A stretch of 14,808 bases of DNA from Halalkalibacterium halodurans (GTDB lineage Bacteria > Bacillota > Bacilli > Bacillales > Bacillaceae_D): contig NZ_SNUY01000081.1 of the NCBI RefSeq assembly GCF_004376175.1, positions 1-14,808 of the forward strand, given 5' to 3'. Both the position numbers and the translations under genes were made by a program. Below are positions 6,910 through 14,767 of the stretch, in pieces; position 1 is the first letter of the stretch, and each line of letters opens with the position of its first letter. Under the pieces are notes generated by a model. It was not told the DNA's origin. It did not search any database and was given only the letters and a program-made list of their open reading frames with translations.

Positions 6910-7248
6910 TTATTCGTCTCTCCGGCTAGCCCGTCTTCTGGCAATCACGAAAAATGGCAACGGAATGACGATCCACGCAGCGTTTTTCAACAAACTGTTA
7001 ATTGCGCGCTGACGCTCCAGCGCTTTTTCTCGTTCCTGTTCTAACTCATATTCTTCCATAAGCTGGGCATCTGTTTTTTCTACTTCGCCTTCTCGCTCTT
7101 GATTCACCATTTTGTAGTCGTGAAAACTCATGTAATACGGGGTTGGCGCCACGAGATCTGTCATGTTCATGGCCGCTGCGACAGCGCCGCCAATCATCAT
7201 GACGAGCGTGATAAACATCACCGCGTAATAATAGACAGAACGAACCAA
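6910..7248 (-). CDS. Hypothetical small membrane protein (about 112 aa): two TM helices flanking a charged, coiled-coil-like loop
   Basis: This is the same frame as ORF 6910..7401. The long form overlaps the upstream transporter and has a low-complexity N-terminus. A TTG at 7248 lies 5 nt downstream of a GAGGTG SD and gives (M)VRSVYYYAVMFITLVMMIGGAVAAAM...EEYELEQEREKALERQRAINSLLKNAAWIVIPLPFFVIARRRASRRDE. Alternative starts are GTG at 7221 and ATG at 7218. I recognise no family. Confidence 0.5.
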   Translation of the reverse strand: MVRSVYYYAVMFITLVMMIGGAVAAAMNMTDLVAPTPYYMSFHDYKMVNQEREGEVEKTDAQLMEEYELEQEREKALERQRAINSLLKNAAWIVIPLPFFVIARRRASRRDE

Positions 7249-7375
7249 GGGACCACCTCTTTTCGGTGAATATAAAGGAAATGGATCTCTCCTTCTTCCA
7301 TTATATATGAAAAGGAGAAGAGAATATATCTTTCTTTCCTTGAGTCCGTTCAATGATTTTTGGCCTAACCAATTA

Positions 7376-8788
7376 TTAAAATGGACCCCAATTAATCGCA
7401 TGGGCGATGACTAAGTAAAAGCAGCCGATCGTAAACCAAGCTATAAGTAATGGGAAAATAAATTTTACCCATTTTCCGTAGGACACTTTAGCCGCTGCCA
7501 ATGTCGCAACAAAATACCCTGACGTTGGAAAGATAATATTAGATAGCCCGTCCCCGATTTGAAAGGCAAGAATGGCAGTTTGCCTTGTCGTTCCAACAAG
7601 ATCAGCTAACGGAATCATGATCGGCATCGTAATTAAGGCTTGTCCGCTCCCAGATGGAACGAAAAAGTTAAACAGCCCTTGCGTCACAAGCATCCCTAAT
7701 ACTGTAATAGAGGATGGCAAGCTACTGACAGCATGAGAAAGCCCATAAATGATCGTATCAATCATTTGTGTCTGTTCCATAATGATCGAGACCCCGCGTG
7801 CAATTCCAATGATCATCGCACCCATTAATACGTGTTGAAAGCCTTGATTAAACGCATCACTAATTTGATTTCCATTTAGCCCGGCCACAAGACCGACAAT
7901 GATCCCCATCGCTAAAAAATAACCGGCAAGTCCGATAAAGTCCCATTGGAAGTTCAAAACACCGTAAATCATTCCGGTGAACATAAGTATGACAATGAAG
8001 CCAGCTACTTTCCCGCGGGAGCCTATCTCATATGTTATTTCTTTTTCATCACTTACTAATTCCTTATATTCCATTTGTTCTGGGTGTTTCTCTAGCTTTT
8101 TTGCATAAAGCATTAAAAATAGCACACTTGATAGCACAATCGTTGCTAAAACCATTAAACGAAAGCCGATCCCTGAATAAATGGGCAATTCCGCAATTTG
8201 CTGAGACAAGCCGACAGTCCCTGGATTCGTCAGAGCAGCTAAAAAACCTCCTGTCGTCGACGTGAGGGCGACCCCTGTAGCTAACATCCGATTGTATCCA
8301 AGCTTGATCATTAAAGGAATTAAAATCGGCACATAGACTAAACTCAGTTCCGGTGTCCCGATAAACGCAGTAATCATGGAAAAGGTGACGACGAGAACTG
8401 GAATAACCATCACCTTTTGTTTCATAAACGTTCTCGTTAGCCGATCAACACCGTAGGCAATAACTCCTGTTCGATTGAGCACCATGAACGTTCCACCAAT
8501 CATAAACGTGAAAAAGACTACAGGTGCGGCTCCTACCATTCCATTAGGAATCGCTGTTAAGAAACCCATAATACCTATTTGTTCTCCTTCAATAAAAGAA
8601 AACACCTCTGGATTAATCATCATTCTTCCCATCGGTCCTTCGACTCGTTCGTATTCTCCTGCTGGTACGAACAAAGAGGCGATAGCCATCATGGTGACAA
8701 ACGCAAACAAGATGACATAAATATGAGGAAACGTAAATTTTTTCGTCTGGCGTTTACTCGCTTTTCCGATCGATACGTTAATAGACAT
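7376..8788 (-). CDS. YfcC-family (DcuC/ArcD-like) multi-pass membrane transporter
   Basis: The 470-aa, highly hydrophobic ORF has roughly 11-12 predicted TM segments. The N-terminal FPHIYVILFAFVTMMAIASLFVPAGEYER region and the overall architecture resemble YfcC/C4-dicarboxylate-anaerobic-carrier family proteins. A GGGAGGAAG SD lies 7 nt upstream of the ATG at 8788, which is 22 nt downstream of the allantoinase stop. Confidence 0.75.
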   Translation of the reverse strand: MSINVSIGKASKRQTKKFTFPHIYVILFAFVTMMAIASLFVPAGEYERVEGPMGRMMINPEVFSFIEGEQIGIMGFLTAIPNGMVGAAPVVFFTFMIGGTFMVLNRTGVIAYGVDRLTRTFMKQKVMVIPVLVVTFSMITAFIGTPELSLVYVPILIPLMIKLGYNRMLATGVALTSTTGGFLAALTNPGTVGLSQQIAELPIYSGIGFRLMVLATIVLSSVLFLMLYAKKLEKHPEQMEYKELVSDEKEITYEIGSRGKVAGFIVILMFTGMIYGVLNFQWDFIGLAGYFLAMGIIVGLVAGLNGNQISDAFNQGFQHVLMGAMIIGIARGVSIIMEQTQMIDTIIYGLSHAVSSLPSSITVLGMLVTQGLFNFFVPSGSGQALITMPIMIPLADLVGTTRQTAILAFQIGDGLSNIIFPTSGYFVATLAAAKVSYGKWVKFIFPLLIAWFTIGCFYLVIAHAINWGPF

Positions 8789-8810
8789 GTCTCTTCCTCC
8801 CTTTTCTCAC

Positions 8811-10125
8811 TCAATGATCTTGGTAAACATGCTTACCTTGGCAGATTGTATGCTTTACCTTCCCTCTAAAGCGTTGACCAACATACGGACTGATCGGATG
8901 GCGATAATACAAATCACTTGCGTCTAGCGTATATGATTCATTTAAATCTATAAGCGTAAAGCTGGCTTCGGCCCCTACTTGAATCGTTCCTTTTTGCGGA
9001 TAGAGTCCGAATCGCTTTGCTGGCTCTGTCGATAGTAGTTGCACAATTTGTGTCAATGGCATTTTTCGTTTATGGTAGCCTTCAGTCAGCATGACAGCCA
9101 ATGTATTCTGACATCCGGCAATACCGCCCCACACCTCAAAAATCGTTTTGCCTGTTTTCATTTGAGGTAGCGATGGGGAATGGTCTGAACTAATTAGATC
9201 GATTTCTCCTGCCATTAGTCCATCCCATAAATCTTCTACTTCTTGTCGCTCTCGTAACGGAGGAGCACATTTGGCTAGATAGCCAATTTCAGCAAATTCA
9301 TCAAGCGAAAACAACAAGTAGTGTGGGCACGTTTCCACCGAAACGTTTACCCCTTCCCCCTTCGCTTGTTTAATTCTTTTTAGAACCTTTCGACTACTTA
9401 CATGACAAATATGGAGCGGACAGCAAGTGAGCTGAGCGAACCGCAAGATCCGCTCGACTGCCTCAAGCTCTGAGACGATCGGACGAGCTTCACTGTAATC
9501 TTTCACTGTCAACCGCTGTTCCTCTATTGCAATGGTCGTCAACGCGTTCCATTTCGTTTGATTCGGCATGAACAGCCAAAATGGAGCCGAGCGCTGCAAT
9601 CTTCTTCATGCCTTTCAGTAAGGTTTCATCATGCGAGAACTGAAAATCATCCGTGCCACACTCGGACATAAAAGCTTTAAAGCCTATGACACCACCGTCG
9701 TGTAAGTCCTGAAGATGATCGATATTTCCCGGCACGAGTCCGCCCCAAAACCGATAGTCTACAAGAGACTTTTCATTAGCTAATTGACGCTTTTTGTCTA
9801 ACTCCTCTCTCGTAATTGTTGGCGGATTGCTGTTTAACGGCATATCGAAATACGTGGTGACCCCTCCAGCCGCCAAGCTTTTACTACCAGATGCAAACCC
9901 TTCCCACTCCGTTCTCCTAGGCTCATTAAAGTGAACGTGGACATCAACCATGCCAGGAAAAAGGTGTAGACCCGTCCCGTCGATTGCCGGGCCATCATCG
10001 CCTGAAATGGATCCAGGCTCGGTAATGGCTGACACAATCCCGTTGCGAATCGCAACATCAGCTCGATAAGTCGTTGTTTCCGTGACAACCGTAGACGATC
10101 GAATGATTAAATCAAATCGCTTCAT
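8811..10125 (-). pseudogene. pucH: Allantoinase (cyclic amidohydrolase, PucH/AllB type) interrupted by a single +1 frameshift near 9540-9556
   Basis: The gene is split into two overlapping ORFs.

- **ORF 9490..10143** encodes the N-terminal half: MKRFDLIIR..., [52 protein letters not shown], and [10 protein letters not shown].
- **ORF 8811..9599** encodes the C-terminal half: [64 protein letters not shown] and [10 protein letters not shown].

Joined, the halves give about 438 aa, the size of a normal allantoinase. The frames switch around AAATGGAAC (9547-9555 on the + strand). The preferred start is ATG at 10125, with an AGGAG SD 9 nt upstream. Confidence 0.8.
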
Positions 10126-10198
10126 ATTGATTCGCTCCTGCATTCATAAGTTTTCTGAGCATGTTAAGATAAGCAAAAGTTTTATATTTTCTGATAGT

Positions 10199-10234
10199 AT
10201 AAAAAGAAAAGTAGCTCTAGGCATTAGCTACTTT
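10199..10234 (-). terminator. Terminator-like hairpin about 70 nt upstream of the allantoinase start
   Basis: AAAGTAGCT (10208-10216) pairs with AGCTACTTT (10226-10234) around a 9-nt loop. On the minus strand it is followed by TCTTTTTAT (the + strand A-rich run at 10199-10207). It could terminate a short upstream transcript or act as an attenuator; its function is unknown. Confidence 0.45.
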
Positions 10235-10538
10235 CTCTAAAATTCATCGATTTATTTAGTTATCATCTACGAACGAATCGTTGGGTGATTCCGCTGAAAT
10301 TCAAAATATAAGCAGCTATCCATTGATTTTTTCATCTTATCGTCACCGTTCTCCCTAGGGAGATTTGCTGTTAGGCTTTATGACAAACTTTTTCATCTCA
10401 ACGTTTGTTATGAGACAAACTCGGTTTACTGTCCTATCATGATGGAAGAGAATTAAAAGGGGATTTTTCAGGGCGCCTTAAAAGGACAGCTTGAATGTAT
10501 GCATGTGGCTAGCTCAAGGATATGGGCCTAGTTCAACA

Positions 10539-10582
10539 GAAAAAGGTTCGGATCATTTTATTTTGATGATCCAAACCTTTTT
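10539..10582 (-). terminator. Rho-independent terminator of the iolA / MFS / iolH-like operon (structurally bidirectional)
   Basis: AAAAAGGTTCGGATCAT (10539-10555) pairs with ATGATCCAAACCTTTTTT (10565-10582), with one G-U or mismatch position. There are T-runs on both strands. It lies 37 nt downstream of the stop at 10619. Confidence 0.8.
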
Positions 10583-10618
10583 TCTTACGTTTGGCTAGAT
10601 TGGTCTCAGCCTCTTATT

Positions 10619-11503
10619 TTATTCAACTACGACACCTACATTTTTATCGACTAGCTCCTCCGTAATACGCTTGAGCATAAAGCGGCTCGATTCGTCGGCA
10701 CGGTGCTCCTCACCGAATACTGCCGCTGTGACAATGCCGTCAAATTTTAGTTCCCGAAGCTTTGAAAACAGTACATCCCAATCAATATCCCCTTTGCCAA
10801 TATCTAAATGCTGGTGCACGGTTGCATGAACTCCCGGTGGGTTCACGACATAGCGCAAGCATGACGATGCTTTATGATTGTACGTATCAGCAATATTGAT
10901 ATGCTTTAGCTTATCGCCAGCATAGTCTAGCATCGCCGCTATATCCCCTTTACCGTCATCGTAAAAGAATGTATGAGGGACCGCATAAAAGTAGCCGAGC
11001 CAATCTTTATCGAAACCTCGAATGAGATCGACCGCATCATTATTACGCTCAATAAAATCGAATGGATGGGCTTGAATATGAATCTCTAAACCTTCTTTTT
11101 CGAACAGTGGAATTAACTCTTCCATTGAACGCATAAACATTTGCTCACATTTGTACGGTTTATCATTATGACCCGTAAATTCTGTATTCAACACTTGAAC
11201 ATCCATCTCAACAGCGATTTCAATCACTCGCTTCCAGTTGCGCACCGCCGCTTCCCGATCTTCCTCATCAGGACCAGCCCAATGCTGCATCGGTAAAAGG
11301 GAAGAAAGCTGAACACCAGTATCACTCAAAGCCTTTTTGAATTCTTTAATCCGCGCTTTATCGACCCGTGGGTATTTGTAAAATGGCATGAAATCATCGC
11401 GTGGTGATAGTTCAATATAGTTATAGCCTAACTCGGCTACTTTATCGACCATTTTCGGAATCGGCAAGTGACGATACATATACGGATCTAATGCAATTTT
11501 CAT
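10619..11503 (-). CDS. iolH: Sugar phosphate isomerase/epimerase, xylose-isomerase-like TIM barrel (IolH-like)
   Basis: The ORF-track start at 11518 is a TTG that sits inside the SD. The ATG at 11503, with GGAGG 8 nt upstream, gives [42 protein letters not shown]..., which resembles my memory of the B. subtilis IolH N-terminus (MKLALDPSMY...). It lies in the same operon as iolA. The symbol is tentative. Confidence 0.7.
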
Positions 11504-11531
11504 ACGTAAAACCTCCAATAAATATTATTGG

Positions 11532-12725
11532 TTAGCCACTCACGTCAAAACGTTCGATAGACTGCCCTTCTTCGTTTCGTTTCCAAACAAATACAAGGAT
11601 GCTAGCCAACAGCGCTAATCCTGCACAAAAGTAAAAACCGACTGCAAGGCCAAGACTTGCACTTAAGATACCTGCAAGGAAAGGGCCAGTAAACATCCCG
11701 ACAGCATACAACGCTTGATACACTCCCATCGCTGTCGCCCTTTTTTCACGAGCAATGGATTCGATCGACATTCCTAAAAGGAGCGGGAAAAGAATTCCTA
11801 AGAAGAATCCATTGAACCCTTGAACGACCATTAGCGGTACCTTCGTGTCGATCATCGGTGTCAAGAGTGTAAACACCACCGTACCGAGAAATGCAACGTT
11901 TAATGCGTTCCATTTTCCAAGACGCGGGACAATTACATTCCCTAAAAAAAGGGTTCCAATGGCATGGGGTATCATAAAAGCAAAGACGATGAAGCTTAGT
12001 TCCTGTGTGTTTAGCCCGATACGGGTCGCATATGTCGGGAGAAAGCCAAACATGGTTGTAAAAATAATGCTATGGGCAATGATCGATAAGAACGACACCT
12101 TTAAGAGAAGAGGCTCTCGGATCACGGAAGACAGATCACCTAGCTGAACAGGGGCTCCAGCCTTTACGTTCGGTTCATAGATGAGCAGTGCGAGTGTAGC
12201 CCCTAGTAAGCTAAGTAGTCCCCCAATCCAAAATGGAGCATGCCACCCGAGAGAATCCACTAAGAAACCGCTTACGATCATTCCGAGAAGCTGTGCGAGT
12301 ACGACGATAAAGGAAATGCTACTCATCGCTTCGTGGACACGAGAATCCGTATAGTAACTTGAAAATAAAACAGTAAACACAACCCACGTTGCTGCAGCGA
12401 CCCCTGCTAACGCTCTAGCAAGGAGGACGAGGCCTAAATGCTCCGTTAAGGCGAAGAGAAAACAACTCGCGGCACTTGTGCCCATTCCAAAAATGATAAA
12501 TGGCTTTCTTCGTTTTAGCAGGTCCGATACAATGCCAATGGGCAAGCGGCAAACGAACTGCATAAAGCCATAGCTACTTAACACAAGTCCAATGTAGACA
12601 TATTTTCCACCGAGAAATTCGATGTACGGTGACAAGATCGGCAAATACACAAAATGGGAAAACCAAAGGAAGAACGAAACGCTATAAAAAATCACCTTAT
12701 TTCGAGTAAATGCAGAACCGACCAA
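11532..12725 (-). CDS. MFS transporter (12-TM major facilitator)
   Basis: The 397-aa hydrophobic ORF carries the MFS loop 2-3 motif GIVSDLLKRRKP. A TTG start at 12725 lies 7 nt downstream of a GGTGGAG SD. The substrate cannot be read from the sequence. Confidence 0.8.
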   Translation of the reverse strand: MVGSAFTRNKVIFYSVSFFLWFSHFVYLPILSPYIEFLGGKYVYIGLVLSSYGFMQFVCRLPIGIVSDLLKRRKPFIIFGMGTSAASCFLFALTEHLGLVLLARALAGVAAATWVVFTVLFSSYYTDSRVHEAMSSISFIVVLAQLLGMIVSGFLVDSLGWHAPFWIGGLLSLLGATLALLIYEPNVKAGAPVQLGDLSSVIREPLLLKVSFLSIIAHSIIFTTMFGFLPTYATRIGLNTQELSFIVFAFMIPHAIGTLFLGNVIVPRLGKWNALNVAFLGTVVFTLLTPMIDTKVPLMVVQGFNGFFLGILFPLLLGMSIESIAREKRATAMGVYQALYAVGMFTGPFLAGILSASLGLAVGFYFCAGLALLASILVFVWKRNEEGQSIERFDVSG

Positions 12726-12754
12726 ATCATCACTCCACCTAAACGGCTAGACAA

Positions 12755-12780
12755 AGGTGCTATGAACAGTCATGGCACCT
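12755..12780 (-). other. Stable intercistronic stem-loop between iolA and the MFS gene
   Basis: AGGTGCTATGA (12755-12765) pairs with TCATGGCACCT (12770-12780) around loop ACAG; one position is a wobble. The hairpin begins 10 nt downstream of the iolA stop and has no real U-tract. It is therefore more likely a processing or stability element, or a partial terminator, than a full terminator. Confidence 0.5.
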
Positions 12781-12790
12781 GCTTACCAGA

Positions 12791-14248
12791 TTACCAACGA
12801 GCCGTTACCATTTTCTTGCGTGTATAGAATTCCACACCATCCGTACCGTTCGCATGCAGATCGCCGTAGAACGAGTTTTTCCAACCTGAGAATGGGAAAA
12901 AGGCCATCGGCGCCGGAACGCCTAAGTTGATTCCGAGCATACCTGCATCGATTTCTTCACGGAATTTTCGAACAGAGCTGCCGTTAGTCGTGTAAAGGCA
13001 CGCACCGTTAGCAAATTCAGATTGATTTGTTAGCTGAATCGCTTCGTCCAGGCTTTCCACACGAACGACCGATAAAACAGGAGCAAAGATTTCTTCCTTC
13101 CAGATCGTCATCTCCGTCGTCACATTGTCAAATAGTGTTGGCCCGAGGAAATATCCGTCTTTTGACACATTGTCTTTACGACCGTCCCGCACAAGTGTTG
13201 CTCCTTCTTTCTCTCCAAGCTCAATATAGTTTTCTGTCTTTTGTTTATGAGATTCACGAATGACCGGTCCGAGGAAAACGTCATCGTCTAAGCCGTTACC
13301 AATCGTAATCTCATTAACTGCTTTCTGTAATTTTTCCATTAACGGCTCAGCTACCTCACCGACTGCAACGACAACAGCTGCTGCCATACATCTTTCTCCT
13401 GCTGATCCGTAAGCCGCATTCACGATTTGATTCACGGCCCCATCCAAATCGGCATCTGGCATGACGATCGAATGATTTTTCGCCCCTGCAAGCGCCTGTA
13501 CTCGCTTACCATGTTGTGAAGCGGTTTTGTATACATATTCAGCCACAGGTTGAGAACCTACAAACGATATCGCTTTCACATCAGGATGTTCAAGCAAACC
13601 GTTTACGACATCATGAGCCCCGTGTACAATGTTCAGTACACCTTCAGGCAAACCCGCTTCTGTAAATAGTTCGGCTAAACGATTGGCAAGTAGTGGCGTG
13701 CGCTCAGATGGCTTCAAGACGAATGTATTTCCGCAGGCAATCGCTAACGGGAACATCCAGCACGGGACCATCATTGGAAAGTTAAATGGTGTAATTCCGC
13801 CAACGACGCCGATTGGGTAACGATACATTCCAGACTCAATGTTCGTGGCAATATCCGGGAGCTGTTTCCCCATCATTAACGAAGGAGCCCCAGCCGCAAA
13901 CTCCACGCATTCAATTCCACGCTGTACTTCTCCGTATGCTTCCTTGTAGCTTTTTCCGTTTTCTAGTGTGACGAGACGCGCCAGCTCTTCCCAATTTTCT
14001 ACAAGCAATTGTTGATACTTAAACAAAACCCTCGCTCGTCTTGGGACTGGCGTTTTCCCCCACGTTTTAAAGGCTTCCTTGGCCACTGATACTGCACGAT
14101 CTAAATCCTCTCGATTTGAAATAGGAACGTGGGCTAAGATTTCTCCTGTGGCAGGATTGGGGACTGCTTCAGTTTTACCTGAATCAGATTCCACCCATTG
14201 ACCACCGATAAAGTTTTTTAGCTTCTCACCTGTTGCTAAGTTTGCCAT
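12791..14248 (-). CDS. iolA: Methylmalonate-semialdehyde / malonate-semialdehyde dehydrogenase (CoA-acylating)
   Basis: The 485-aa ORF is a clear ALDH-family member with MmsA/IolA hallmarks: [38 protein letters not shown], the catalytic Cys in [17 protein letters not shown], and a C-terminal [23 protein letters not shown] lies upstream of the ATG at 14248. Confidence 0.93.
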
Positions 14249-14319
14249 TATCCTAACTCCTCTCTCTTACGATCTTCGACATGTATAGAATGTAGATCCT
14301 CAATGGGGGTCCCTATAAT

Positions 14320-14333
14320 TGAAATCGATTTCA
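14320..14333. promoter_or_regulatory. Perfect 14-bp cre-type palindrome, TGAAATCGATTTCA, in the iolA leader
   Basis: It matches the CcpA cre consensus TGWAANCGNTNWCA at every specified position and is perfectly palindromic. It is nested within a larger inverted repeat, CCCTATAA (14311-14318) and TTATAGGG (14342-14349). It lies about +23 to +36 relative to the predicted transcription start. Confidence 0.65.
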
Positions 14334-14362
14334 TTCAATTGTTATAGGGATTTCTAAGTCTC

Positions 14363-14391
14363 ATTCTAAAGGAATCGACTCATTTTGTAAA
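14363..14391 (-). promoter_or_regulatory. Sigma-A type promoter of the iolA operon
   Basis: On the minus strand, TTTACA (14391-14386) is followed by a 17-nt spacer and TAGAAT (14368-14363), with an A/T-rich UP-like tract upstream. It predicts a leader of about 105 nt before the ATG at 14248. Confidence 0.6.
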
Positions 14392-14469
14392 CGCTTTTTT
14401 AGCTATTTTTTTAATTTTTTCAATTGCCAACCCTTTTCAATACTTGCTTCTAATAGCCCTTTGTCATTT

Positions 14470-14483
14470 TGAAATCGTTTTCT
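14470..14483. promoter_or_regulatory. cre-like half-palindromic box TGAAATCGTTTTCT
   Basis: It shares TGAAATCG with the perfect palindrome at 14320, but its right arm is degenerate. Confidence 0.3.
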
Positions 14484-14638
14484 GTTTAGGTTTCTTTTTC
14501 ACTCTTTTTTTCATCTGGAGATTTTCATCGGAGAAACCGTGTGTTAATTTTTAAACGATCGTTTTTTTAATTAGGGAATTCATTGTTTGCAAAAGGAGCA
14601 AAATACTATAAAATGAATAGTATATAATTGAACTTTTA

Positions 14639-14652
14639 TGAAATCGATTGTA
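14639..14652. promoter_or_regulatory. cre-like box TGAAATCGATTGTA just downstream of a TATAAT hexamer (14623-14628, + strand)
   Basis: It matches the 14320 palindrome at 12 of 14 positions. Its position relative to a perfect -10 hexamer is typical of an operator on a divergent + strand promoter. No good -35 element was found. Confidence 0.35.
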
Positions 14653-14767
14653 GTCTGAATATTCTATTGATAAGAATGTCTACCTGAATTATTCATAAAA
14701 AATCTTTGATAACCAAATAATGCTTATCTATCAAGGTATTGAGCTAAATGGTCCATGCATCAAATAA

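Noticed and set aside
6673-7044. ORFs 6673..6879 (-) and 6841..7044 (+).
   Set aside because: The first reads straight through the 14-bp terminator stem and has no properly spaced SD. The second starts inside that hairpin and is antisense to the small membrane protein gene. Both translations look random.
7249-7401. The long N-terminal extension of ORF 6910..7401 (MRLIGVHFNNWLGQKS...).
   Set aside because: It overlaps the 3' end of the transporter gene by 26 nt and has no SD. It also covers a hairpin-containing spacer. An internal TTG at 7248 has a good SD and starts right at the first TM helix.
8032-8869. The + strand ORFs 8032..8265, 8475..8720 and 8579..8869.
   Set aside because: They are antisense to the YfcC-family transporter, and the last also overlaps the allantoinase 3' end. 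They are shadow ORFs in a codon-biased membrane protein gene.
9834-10088. The minus-strand ORF 9834..10088 (84 aa).
   Set aside because: It is an alternative frame inside the allantoinase N-terminal half. The allantoinase frame carries the conserved HxH and other motifs, and this frame carries none.
11845-13820. The + strand ORFs 11845..12147, 13027..13263 and 13629..13820.
   Set aside because: They are antisense to the MFS transporter and iolA CDSs and have neither SDs nor recognisable motifs.
14553-14564. The 12-bp perfect palindrome AAACGATCGTTT followed by a T7 run, considered as a possible terminator.
   Set aside because: The stem would be only 4-5 bp with a minimal loop. That is too weak for an intrinsic terminator and is likely a chance palindrome in AT-rich DNA.
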